This document shows, piece after piece, positions 52,843 to 63,792 of a DNA stretch of 64,000 bases. Where the stretch lies: assembly GCA_036785375.1 (NCBI GenBank), contig JAWMAR010000082.1:6138001-6202000 (forward strand), given 5' to 3'. This stretch comes from Leucoraja ocellata. Lineage: Eukaryota. Position 1 is the stretch's first letter, and each line of letters opens with the position of its first letter. A program made the position numbers and the translations under genes. The notes beneath the pieces were generated by a model. It saw only the letters and a program-made list of their open reading frames with translations, made no database searches and had not been told where the DNA came from.

Positions 52843-53877
52843 AAGGCTTCTCCAGACTTTGGTTGGTTAAAATTTCCAGTCCTGACTCCTTCAGCCACAT
52901 AATGCTACATTGATAATTAGGTTGGTTGGTTGGTGTCATTCTGGAAGTTTGATTGGGGAACTTCCCAGGATATTCACTTGTGAAACAATTTCAGGGTCAG
53001 TCTCAAATGGGATGACATTAGTCTCCACTTCGTTTGGAAAATCACTCAATATATTAGACCAGTCTTGTCCAGGGAGCAACCATCAGCTGTTTTAATCATG
53101 CATCACTGGATTTGGAAGCCAAGTAAAGTTATGTATATAACAATCATTGTTTGGGTTCTCTCCTCCACATGACACTAAATGCTTCCTTCTCTGCTATCAT
53201 CAATCTTACCTATGACATCTCCAAAGCCCAAATGTCAACCTCCAACAAACCAATCCCCTATGGTTCCAACTCTCCAGTTACCTAAAGCTTCAACATCATA
53301 TTAGCTCTGATATTACCCTGCCGTGACCCATTCTCAATAACCTGTCACCAGGCCCTGCTCCTTGACAACTTACCAGATCTTCACCATCCACCTTTGCCTG
53401 CATATTTTAACTGACTGGCACCCTCAACAGCCTCCTCATCTCAGCACTAACCTTTTGAGTTAGGCTCCTCACTACAGCCCCAGTCTTTCCAACAGACACA
53501 ATCCCTTCATTGTTACCACCCCACTACTCTAGCCACCTTGCATGTTCAGCAATCCAGCTCAAGGCCCTAGCCTTCAGTTTAAGGCCACCTAAACCCCAGG
53601 ACTAGCCTCAGTTTCTGATAGTGCCTTTTCAATGACAAAATGTGCAGCTTCACACCTGCTACGATGACCATTATACACTTAGAGCACTCAGAAAAGGTAA
53701 AGGGTACCACATTTGCTCAATCAGTACCATGTTCAAAAATCAGAGTCAAATCAGAGACATTGCCTAAACAGATAATTGATATTAGGCTGGTACTTATGAA
53801 CAGAATGTATGGAGTGCAACATGGTTGGAGGTTGCACCAGTCTGAGACATTGCCTGCCTCCTGATAATAGATTATCG

Positions 53878-54130
53878 ATGCAACATGGAAACAGACCCTT
53901 CGGACCAATGAGTCCAAGCTAACCATCGGTCATCCATTTACTAAGGCCAATTAGCCTATAAACCCACATGTCTTTAGGATGTGAGAGAAAGCCAGAGCAC
54001 CCAGAGGAAACCCATTAGGCCACAGGGAGAACGTACGAGCTCCACACAGACAGCACTTGAGCTCAGGATTAAACCTGCGTCTTTGGCGCTAAGAGGCAGC
54101 AGTTCTACGAGCTGCACAATTGTCCCACCC
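53878..54130 (-). mobile_element. HE1/V-SINE, degenerate
   Basis: catggaaacagacccttcggacc...gagcacccagaggaaaccc...ggcagcagttctacgagctgcacaattgtcccaccc. Confidence 0.8.
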
Positions 54131-54745
54131 TATGTGCCGCCCTTCTCTAAGTTAAGATGCTATTGCAACTAAATATAATATTGTCCATTCACTGCTCTTG
54201 ATAGGTAACACTTAAAACTGATTGACTAGTCAATCGTTCTAGTGGCTGACTACATGGTATCTGACAAATATTTGCTATTATGCAACACTTCAAAAATAAT
54301 ACAGAGAGAATTGCTGTGAGTTTAAGTGAGTATATAAATTTGTCTTTACTATTATTACAACAGCAATATAATGCATGTTTTTATGTTAGACAATCAGAAA
54401 TGAATCCCCATGTTTGGATCTGATTATTATATTTCTATTTGTAAATCCAACCTCATAATTCACTCTCTGATTGCGTAAATTTAAGGAGAACCGATTTTAC
54501 ATGCAAGATTAGATTACTGTTAAACAAAAAAAAAGGATTTCTCTTCAAATCTTTATATCCTAAGCAATGTTAAGAGTGTGGGAAATTTAAATAGTACGAA
54601 GTTTTCCTACAATTTATAATTTGTACACTGTGCACAATCAGGGAGCTCAGTCAAGGAGCAAAGCTCAGAACTGTCAAAGCATTTGTTTATGTTTAGTTCA
54701 AGTTCAAGTTCACATGTATTGCCACATTTATTATGTTTATGATCA

Positions 54746-55061
54746 GAGATACAGCACGGAAACAAGTCCTTCGGCCCAACGAGTCCACTCCAACCATCGC
54801 CCACTGGTTCACACTAGGTCTATATCATTCCACTCTCTCATCAACTCTCGACATGCTAGGGGCAATTTTATAGAAGCTAATTTATCTGTAACCCATACGC
54901 CTTGGGATGTGAGAGGAAACCAGAGCTCCTGGCGGAAACCCATGCGGTCACAGGGAGAATGTAGTATAAACTCTACATAGACAGCACCTGAGGTCAGGAT
55001 CAAATCCAAGTCTCTCATGCTGTGAGACAACAGGTCTACCAACTGCGTTACTGTGCAGCCC
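54746..55061 (-). mobile_element. Full-length HE1/V-SINE
   Basis: agagatacagcacggaaacaag...gcggtcacagggagaa...gaggtcaggatcaaatcc...ctgcgttactgtgcagccc. Confidence 0.88.
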
Positions 55062-56114
55062 AAAGTAAACATTTGATGGCATAATTAATTATTTATCTAT
55101 CTTCCACTTTTAGATTACAAAAGGTTTGATAAGGAGATCTTCAGCAAGAGATAGCACAAAAAGCTGGAGTAACTCAATGGGATGGGCAAGCGTTTTCAGA
55201 AATTATTGGCACGACCTTTCCTGCTTTCTGTTCCTGACTATTAACATGCGAACACACATACTCAAGTTGCTTTGGGTAATTGCAGTTCTTTTCCCATTAA
55301 TATCCGATAACAAGGAAAAATTCCAGGAGTTCCATGCACCAAGTGAAAATGATCTGTGCTGATTTATTTATCTATTTACTACTTGCATCTCTTCAGTGGG
55401 AGATGAGCACGGACTGCAACCATGCTGTGGGAGAAAGTGGGAATAATCATCCACTCGTAATGGCCATCTGGAGGAACCCTTATTCTGTCCCCAGCTGTTT
55501 AACCATTGTGTTTTTGCCCACGACTTTTTGACCATTTGGGCAAACTGCCTTCTTGATATTAATTTCAAGGCCAGTCCTGCTCTAAAATTTCTTTACCGTC
55601 TTGAGGATCAAATTTGCTTGATCATGGTGAGATAGTGGAGTCTAAAGCCGATAGATCGAGGCACACGGTATAATTCCTAGCCATCTGCAACTTGTAAACA
55701 AATTAACAAGGGTCGGACTACTTGATTGCGATCATCAAGGAAACTTCGACCAGAGGTACCTGGACAGGCAAAAGAATGTGGAACACAAGTTCTTGGAAGA
55801 TTCACAAGGGTGAATTGTCATGAAATGTATCAACTTTGTCCCTGTACTCAGTTGCTGCATAAAATGATTTGGCATGTTTGGTTGTTTAATTGGCATTCAC
55901 CAGGCACTGAGATAATCAGCAGATGGATGTTAACAAGGAGATGTATTCACAATGGTAATCTTGGTTCATTTTTATCCACTTCAAACTGAGAAGTGGAGAT
56001 AGACATTTGGAACATGCAATCTACTTGGCAGATGTTAAAGTCATCATCAGCTACCCCTCAATTCAAGGCTGATGGCTGTTAAACTGGTGGGGATTATAGG
56101 CCAGGCGGGGTAGT

Positions 56115-56312
56115 TTAATGTCTAATGTCAAGGTACAGTAAAACGCTCTTGTTGCATGCCAAACAGTCAGCGGAAAGACTATATGTGATTACAATCAAGC
56201 CTCCTACATTGTACAGATATATGATAAAGGGAATAACATTTTGTGCAAGATAAAGTCTAGTAAAGTCTGATTAAAGATAGTCCGAGGGTCTCCAGAGAGA
56301 TCGATAGTAGGT
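56115..56312 (-). mobile_element. Rex1/Babar 3' UTR fragment
   Basis: Close match to 47420-47630 (cagtcagcggaaagact...gcaagataaagtc...aaagatagtcc). Confidence 0.75.
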
Positions 56313-56572
56313 AGGAACTCGTGTTGAATCCTCAAGAAAGGTCTGCATGCAAAATTGTTTAATGTGTGCAGAGGACATTGCCAGGAACTTGGCAGGAATA
56401 AACCTTCTGGCCTCCACCAAGGAGGTCTGGGACAACCAGAGTGCCCCTGACACCCACAGACTTTGTCGGAGATGAAGAGAGCTTGCAGGCCTTTGCTAGA
56501 AGTCACACCAGTTCTGCTGGAAGGGATGTTCAAACCATGTCTGCATGGTTGATAGTTTGGTAAAGCTTAGCT

Positions 56573-57081
56573 ATTTAGTTTAGTTTAGAGATACAGCGTG
56601 GTAACAGGTTCTTCGGCTCACTGGGTTCGTGCCAACCATTAATCCCTGCACACTAAAAGCCGTGTCCCACGTTCATTCCAAGAGCTCTCCCGAGTTTTAA
56701 AAAAATCAAACTCGTGGTAAGCACGGAGAATAAACATAGCGGGTACGTCGGTGCTCAGGGACGTCTCTTAGCGGCTCGTAGCGCTAATGGCAGGTACTCG
56801 GGAAGACTTGCTAATGGCAGGTAAGCTCGGGAAGAATCACAAAGATTTTTCAACATGTTGAAAAATATCCCCGAGAGCCCCGAGTACCGACGAGCGGCCA
56901 TTACCGTAAATCTCAGAGTTGGAGTCAGGGCAAACTCGGGAGAGCTCTTGGAATGAACTCGTACCGTGGGACAGGGCTATTATACTACAAACTCTGAACT
57001 GACAACAGCTGTAGTCAGGATCGAACCGGGGTCTCCGGCGCTGTAAGGCAGCAACTCTACTGCTGTGCCACCATGCCGTCC
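56573..57081 (-). mobile_element. HE1/V-SINE interrupted by a MITE, with loss of the SINE middle
   Basis: The tail (ttagt)n-agagatacagcg runs to about 56656 and the head acaaactc...gtcaggatcgaaccgggg...gtgccaccatgccgtcc starts at about 56987. Confidence 0.8.
56658..56978. mobile_element. PIF/Harbinger-type MITE with about 45-bp TIRs
   Basis: agccgtgtcccacg-ttcattccaagagctctcccgagttt pairs with aaactcgggagagctcttggaatgaactcgtaccgtgggacagggct. The left TIR lacks about 7 nt. Confidence 0.85.
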
Positions 57082-57309
57082 AGTTGTGAGGTTTTTTGTG
57101 ATGAATGAGTTAAAGCTTCTTCTCTATCTTTGGAGCTGCTGTATCAGAGGTATCGGGAGAATGCCCTTCAACAACCCAGACTCCTATCTTGTAAAGACTT
57201 AATGTCTTTGCCAATTCATTTGTGGAGTCCCTCGTTGCAAATTCCACAGCTTCCATATATATGAACATAGTATTTGAACTCATGGCCCAGGTCAGTTTCT
57301 GGACAATAG

Positions 57310-57475
57310 TGATCCCTAGGATGTTGTTGATGGGAGAGCAGACAACATCAAGGGGAAATGTTTAAATGCATTGGTAGTCATGTGTCTGTGGCACAGTGGA
57401 AGCTTGCCGCTCACTGATCATTGCAATGTTGATATTTGGCTAAATATTCGCTACATATGGGCACAGACTGCTTGC
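57310..57475 (-). mobile_element. Very degenerate CR1-group LINE fragment
   Basis: gatccctaggatgttg...catcaaggggaaatg...tgtggcac resembles an elasmobranch LINE RT region, recognised from memory only. Confidence 0.35.
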
Positions 57476-58149
57476 TGCCTTCAACTAAAGGAGGCAGAAT
57501 GAATTCCCCTCTCCTTGAGTGGAGACCCACCTTAAAGGCACAAAGGCAGCGAAGAGATGTGGTGTAAATCAGACCTCACTGTGTGCAATAATCCAGGGAT
57601 AAGAATTCCAGTGACACAATGATCTCACCCCTCACAGTACGAGGGAAATGGGCAATTGTTTTGAAAATTATATCGAGTCAAGAGTGTTTTATTGTCATAT
57701 GTCCCAGATAGAACAATGAAATTCTTACTTGTTGCTTTTGACATTACAGTTGTCAGGCTCCTGTACCAATGTCAATGGTGAAATGAGAGTGTGGCCAGGA
57801 TGGTGTGGGTCTCTGATGATGCTGGCTGACTTTTTGAGGTAGTGACTTGCAATGTTTTGGTGAGATGTTGTTGGAGAATATCATTAGTGGAATGGGACCC
57901 TCCATTTCCCTCTCTCTTCCACTATCAGGGCATGTTCACCTTCCCCTTGACCTGCTACATGGAATGTTCAATGAGTCTACTATCAAAGGAATCTTATTTA
58001 AACAGAAAAAAAAACATATCTTAAACATCTAACACAATTAATAGATATTAAATGCATCTAGGTAGAAACAGACAAGGGACTTGACAAGGTACTGACCCCC
58101 TGTAGAATCCCAATAGGAGTAGTCACAAAATCAACTGTCAACCATTACT

Positions 58150-58232
58150 AAAGATAGACACAAAATGCTGGAGTATCTCAGCGGGACATGCAGCATCTCT
58201 GGAGAGAAGGAATGGGTGACGTTTTGGGTCGA
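58150..58232 (-). mobile_element. Penelope-derived short repeat (left part), the target of the LTR insertion
   Basis: aagatagacacaaaatgctggagt...gtgacgttttgggtcga. It resumes after the LTR element as gacctttcatcagact (61208-61223). Confidence 0.85.
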
Positions 58233-58436
58233 TGTAAAGAAGTGTCATCAACACACTGTGTCTTTACTTCACTTTATTCATACTGTAACATACATTACTG
58301 CACTAGCTGTACGTGGTCTGTCACGGGAACTAGAGAGAGATCAGTGGGTGGGGAGGTTGTAATTATACTTGTGATATGGGAGTGGTTAGTAGTGGTGAGG
58401 TCACTATGTTAAAGGTACATGCACATATCATCTACA
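58233..58436 (-). repeat. 3' LTR (204 bp)
   Basis: Differs from 60998-61202 by one substitution and one 1-nt indel. The minus strand contains TATAAT and AATAAA. Confidence 0.97.
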
Positions 58437-58448
58437 TCCTTCCCCTTA
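58437..58448 (-). promoter_or_regulatory. Polypurine tract
   Basis: The minus strand reads TAAGGGGAAGGA immediately before the 3' LTR TGTAGA. Confidence 0.92.
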
Positions 58449-58505
58449 GAAACCAAAGGCAACAAGGTAGTGACAGGGCGACCACGTCACATGCGCTATG
58501 AGCAG

Positions 58506-60950
58506 TTACGCAAAGTCGCCATAACGGACAGGCGGCTTGTCAACGCGTCCCGACCGGGTTCGCATCCCGCCATCTCCCCTCCCTGCAGGAAGAAAAGGAG
58601 CAGGTGCAGGTGCAGGTGCAGGTGACCGAACCGGAACGGGGGACCCGGGAGGGGATGGAGAAGACGGACAAGAAGGAGGGGACGCGGGCGCAGTAGCGGG
58701 CAGACGGACAGGCGATGGAGGGTGAGATGGGGGAGAAGTCGGCTGATAGAGCTGAGAAGGCAGGGACCGAGGCATGCGAGGAGCGGCGGGAGGGGTGGAA
58801 GACTGCAGCGGCGGAGCAAAAGGGTCCGCGGGAGGAGGTGGTGGCTCGTTGACAAGCCGCAGGTGCTGTCGTGACCGGCGGTAAACGGTGCTGTCATGGT
58901 CGACCAGATAGGACCAAGGCGAACCTGCGGAGCCGACAACGGTGGTGAGCCTGGAGTGACCGGAGGGGGACTGCATTCGGACAACTTGACCGGAGAAGAG
59001 ACTCGGGAGAGGACGGCAGGACTTATCATGGGAGCGCTTCTGGATTTCATGCTTAAGGGCAATGCGCTCCTGGACAGCAGCGGGCTTGAGGACGGAGGGC
59101 ACGAGGGAGCGCTGGGCCACCGGGATCGGGGGCCTCATGGTGCGAGACACGAGTCGCTGCGCAGGGGAGCCCATGACAGGGTCGCGGGAGATGTTGCGAA
59201 GGTTAAGGAGGGCAAGGTAAAAGTCAGAACGAGACAAACGACAATGTTCCAGCAAGTCTTTGGCACTGCGGACTGCGCGCTCTGCCAGGCCGTTGCTCTG
59301 CGGTTACTCCGGGCTACTGGTGTAGTGGCGGAAATTCCAGCTGGCCGCGAAATCCCGAAACTCGTGAACTGGCTGCCATTTGCTGACTGCAGACTGGCCG
59401 GGGAGCCGAAGGTAGCGAAGTGGCGGCGCAGCTTCCCGATGACGGCCGAAGAGGTGAGGGAGTGCAGCTGGTCAACCTCGAACCAGCTGGAGTAAGAGTC
59501 GACAAGGACCAGGAAGTGCTTGCCACGCCACTCGAAAATGTCAGTGGCAACCGCCATCCAGGGCAGTTCGGGAGCAGGCTGCTGCAGAAGCGGCTGCCGT
59601 TGCTGGTGGGGAGCGAGACTACAGATGGAGCAGGCAGAGGCCCTCTCCCGGATGTACTGAGCCATGCCGGGCCAGTAGAACTGGCTCTGAGCGTGAGACA
59701 AAGTGGCCTCAGCCCCAGGATGACCGCAGTGGGCGGCCTGAAAATAGTGGTCGTGCAGCGCAGTAGGTACAACCACCTTGTGTCCCTTCACAACCACACC
59801 GTCGTGCAGCACGAGCTCATCCCGCACCAGGAAGTAGGGCACGGCACCTGCCGGCAAAGCGGAGCAACGGTCCGGCCAGCCCTGCTGGATGACGGCAGCA
59901 AGCTGTTGCAGGGCAGGATCATCGGCAGTGTGCTGGACCAGGGACTGCATCTGCTGTGAAGGTACAATATTGACTTTGAGCACCATCAAGTCAGATATTT
60001 CATATGGGTGGTGATCGGTGGACGTTAGTGGTGTGCAGGACAGCGTGTCGGCCACGAACATGTCCTTGCCTTTGCGATAGACAATCTCGAACGTAAAACG
60101 CTGGAGCTGCAGCATCATGCGCTGCAACCGGGATGAGGCAACGTGGATCGGCTTGTTGAGGATGGTGACAAGCGGCTGGTGGTCGGTCTCGATGGTGAAA
60201 GTGTTGCCCAGGATGGAGTCCTTGAACTTGGAGCAGGCAAATATCACAGCCAGCAACTCCTTCTCTATCTGAGCATAGCACTGCTCGGCAGGGTTCATGG
60301 TGCGGGACGCGTAGGATACAGGCAGCTGCAGGCCATCGTGGAACTGTAGACAAGCGGCACCAAGACCGAACTGGGAGGCGTCGCAGGTGATGACAATGGG
60401 ACACTGGAGGTCGACAAATTTGAGCGTGGGGGTGCTGACCAACCTGGACTTCAGGACGTCAAAAGCTCTCTGGTGTTGAGAGAACCAGGCCCAGGCAGTG
60501 TCCTTCTTAATCAACTCCCTCAGGGGCGCGCTCAGCTCGCTGAGGTCGGGGATGAACTTTCCCAGGTAATTAACCATGCCCAGGAAACGTTGCAGGCTGG
60601 GCACGTCAGTAGGTGAAGATATTCCAGAGATGGCAGACGTTTTCTGCGGGTCGGGCTTCAGCCCCGAGGCTGCAAAAACGTGGCCCACATAAGTGACCTC
60701 CGGGACGCGGAATCGGCACTTCTTGGGGTTTAATTTGAGGTTAATCTTCCGGGCCCGGTCCAGGACTTGGCGGAGGTTGAAGTCGTGCTCAGCAACATCC
60801 TTACCGTAGACCAGGATGTCGTCAACGATGATGGCACATGGTAGACCGGCAAACAGTTGCTCCATTGTCCGCTGGAACACCTCGCTGGCAGAGTTGATCC
60901 CGAATGGCATCCAGAGGAACCGGAACCTGCCGAAAGGGGTGCTGAAAGTT
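58506..60950 (-). pseudogene. pol: Truncated, disrupted Gypsy pol (partial RT, RNase H, integrase)
   Basis: RT: TFSTPFGRFRF, IIVDDILVYG, FLGMVNY. RNase H: CDASQFGLGA, YAQIEKELLA, TDHQPL. Integrase: HCGHPG...CSIC, VDSYS, QSNGLAERAV and C-terminal RTRSGRVDKPP. Lesions are SDNG to SANG (59381-59383), a frameshift at about 59360 and a TAA at 59304-59306. Confidence 0.93.
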
Positions 60951-60997
60951 CTGGTCTCCAATTGGAGGCGTGGGCTCGAATCCCACTTCTGACACCA
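60946..60997 (+). other. 52-nt copy of the 3' half of tRNA-Leu(CAA) including CCA (extended primer-binding site on the - strand)
   Basis: aagttctggtctccaattggaggcgtgggctcgaatcccacttctgacacca matches vertebrate tRNA-Leu(CAA), as recalled, from the anticodon loop through the variable arm, T-arm and acceptor stem to CCA. It abuts the 5' LTR. Confidence 0.9.
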
Positions 60998-61202
60998 TGT
61001 AAAGAAGTGTCATCAACACACTGTGTCTTTACTTCACTTTATTCATACTGTAACATACATTACTGCACTAGCTGTACGTGGTCTGTCATGGGAACTAGAG
61101 AGAGATCAGTGGGTGGGGAGGTTGTAATTATACTTGTGATATGGGGAGTGGTTAGTAGTGGTGAGGTCACTATGTTAAAGGTACATGCACATATCATCTA
61201 CA
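60998..61202 (-). repeat. 5' LTR (205 bp)
   Basis: Near-identical to 58233-58436 and followed on the - strand by TGGTGTCAGAAGTGGG. Confidence 0.97.
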
Positions 61203-61479
61203 GTCGAGACCTTTCATCAGACTATTGCTCTTTACTTTCTGCCACTGAGCCACTTCTCTATGGATCTCATCTACTTTTACTTTGTTGGAACAATGTGACA
61301 CTTGGGCCTTGTCAAATGCTTGGTTAAAACCAATGTGGACAACATTGCTTCAAAATGCAATTATATAACGCTGTTTTCTTTTTCCATCATCATGTACGTA
61401 AATGATGTTTGTTTATTTATTTTCTTAACAATGATAAAACGTTAACAACTACTTCCTGGTTCAGGCACATTACTGCAAA

Positions 61480-61920
61480 CTCATTGGTAATAGTTTATTT
61501 ATGTCACGTGTACCAAAATACAATGGGGGAAAATAAAATTCTGTCTGCTCTCCAGACAAATCATGCCATACATCTTCTCCCCTGTTGGGAGAGTGGAGAA
61601 GTGAGCATGACCAAGGTGTGAGTGACCATTGAATGTGTTGCATTAGATGTTGTGTTTAGAGCATAGTGGTATGTCCACATAGTGGAAATAAAAAAAGTAA
61701 AAATGGTCGCAACAAGGAAGATTGGAAAATCGGTAATTCATTGTTAACATATGAGACGTCCACACAAATCTGATAATAGTGGGGGGAAAGCTATTCTTAA
61801 ATCTGACGGTACAGACTCTCAAGATTTTTTATCTTACACCTAATGGAAGAGGGAATAAGAGAGAATGATGAAGGCGTTAGTGATCCTTGACTATGGCTGC
61901 AATCCCAAGGCAACACAAAG
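61480..61920 (-). mobile_element. Degenerate Rex1/Babar 3' fragment
   Basis: tttatttatgtcacgtgtacc tail region and gggggaaagctattcttaaatctg...atcttacacctaatggaagaggg. Confidence 0.55.
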
Positions 61921-62353
61921 GCAGATGGAGCCAAGGGCAGGAAGCGGCATCTCAGATGGACTGGCTAGCACTCAGGAAGGCCGATCTAATATCTGCATGG
62001 TGACCATGGGTACAAGTATACCCAAGGATATTAGACAAGTGGCGTTATTCCACTATTCAAAATGCATTGTGCTCAATGGGGTGGAATGCATTGATACCAG
62101 CAATTCTGCCTGACTTCACTTTTAAGCCCATTATAGCACTCAAATTTTGTCACAATCAATGGGTATTTGTGTATTTGCTAAACTGGGACTCTAACTTGGT
62201 CTGGAATTGTTTCTCAGCAATCCCTAAAGGCAAGACTTCCTACATAAATCCAGATTATCCAAAGTCATGAAAACCTCAAACTTGGGCTTCACTAGGGAAT
62301 GGATCAATTAGAATTAGGGAATGCTCAGATTGATGTGTGCCATGACTAGCCTC

Positions 62354-62540
62354 TCAAAGTGCTTTGTGATAATCTGCCAGATGGTAGTCATTAAGGCACG
62401 CTACCTGGTTTTTCTTTGGCATCGCGATGGTAGTGGTCTTCTTCAAGCAGGTGGGAAGCTCACATTGGAGTAGGGAGAGATTAAAGATGTCCACAAATAT
62501 ACCTGGCAGCTGGCCTGTGCAAGTTCTGAGCCACACAGCC
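62354..62540 (-). mobile_element. Rex1/Babar RT fragment
   Basis: LRTCTGQLPGIFVDIFNLSLLQCELPTCLKKTTTIAMPKK...CLNDYH. Confidence 0.85.
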
Positions 62541-63780
62541 CTCTGCACGTTTACTGATGGGTACTTCAGACTAGTGTCCCATGCTGAGCAGCTAAGCTAA
62601 TCAAAATCATGTTTAGCAATGGCTAGATGCTGTGATCTTCATAATGAGCATTTAGCTCAGATCTGGCATGTTGCCTGTGTCAAGTCAAACAGGCAAGGAC
62701 ACTTCACAGTCCCAACCCCTATTACTGACCCAACATAAAACGTAATATACTTAAAATCATCATCTTCAATTGTATCCCTTGTATGTGTCATTTAGTTGTG
62801 TCCATAGACTAAACACTGCATTTCAAGGAACTGAATTACTGGGGTGATAGCCACAAGTGTATGATATGGCATCATGCATTGGTTCGTGTGACTGAGAAAT
62901 AATGTCTACTCTCCTTGTTACCCAAGTTAAATAGTGCAGCTTCAAACCCGTGTCAAATTTTTGTCTGATAACAATGAATTAATCATCTTAATGCAGAAAT
63001 TAGATGCAAGAGTTACATTATCAGATTACATGCACCCATTATTAAAAATACATCAGCCAAACAGAAATAGGTCCAAACACTGCAGAAAATGCGACATCAT
63101 GATGGCTGTGTATTATTTTCCTTTAGAAAACAAATTAACTTTTGAAATGTATCAATTATTTTTAAGGTTAATGAGGGGGACCTTCTGGTTGCCAAAGTCC
63201 TGAAGTGGAAAAACAAAAACAATGCAACTCACTGGCCAGAGCATCCGGCTACTCCCCGCAGACAGAACAAAAGCTGCGCCTGCCAAAACAAACATCACCT
63301 CGTGGAATCCTGAGAACTGGCAAGGACTTCAACTTTTCCTAATGACATCCACAGCTGGACCATTGAGATAATGGAGTCATTAAATGCTCAGCATTGCCAA
63401 TAAACCACTTGGAATGACTCATTCCAGCAGAGGAAAAGGCAAGCTGCCAGGGAAGTAAGAGAGGATGGCCTGATCTTGAACAATGGGATAAAAGATTAAT
63501 GAGAGGACCAGTGAAGTTATTTACTCACCATGAAGGTATACAAGCAGAAATTAAAAATTATGAATTATTACCCCTCTTAATGTAATATCTCTCCAGCTCT
63601 TGCAATCTCATAGCAAAATATACTGGTTGCATTTTAACATAATAGAGAGTCACATCCCAGACAGAAAGCTTAATCAAGATTTATCAATGCAAATTTAAAT
63701 TGAAGATGAAATTGTAGCTTTCTTTTCCATTAAGTGTTGGCCATCTCCCTCTACTTTCTTCCTCCTTCTTTCCTCAGTAG

Positions 63781-63792
63781 GCCACTCAGAAG
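63781..63792 (+). CDS. Candidate 12-nt (or 15-nt) microexon
   Basis: About 35-nt polypyrimidine tract, NAGNAG acceptor cag-tag, then GCCACTCAGAAG and a consensus donor AAG|gtaaga. Both lengths preserve frame. Confidence 0.35.

Larger units (their letters stand above)
58233..61202 (-). mobile_element. Ty3/Gypsy (Mag-like) LTR retrotransposon, internally deleted, 2970 bp
   Basis: Two LTRs with TGTA...TACA ends, a perfect 5-bp TSD gtcga (58228-58232 and 61203-61207), a tRNA-Leu PBS, a PPT, and RT-RNaseH-IN domain order. Confidence 0.97.

Noticed and set aside
58896-59959. 199-aa and 179-aa + strand ORFs
   Set aside because: Antisense shadows of GC-rich pol coding sequence with no recognisable domain.
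59135-60961. 608-aa ORF as an intact pol gene
   Set aside because: The start is a TTG inside the tRNA-derived sequence. RT lacks its N-terminus and the frame shifts out of integrase near 59360.
60946-60997. Functional tRNA-Leu gene
   Set aside because: The 5' half (A-box, D-arm) is absent, CCA is encoded, and the sequence abuts the LTR, so it is primer-derived.
60822-61019. 65-aa ORF MVSEVGFEPTPP...
   Set aside because: Antisense translation of the tRNA sequence, a common spurious peptide.
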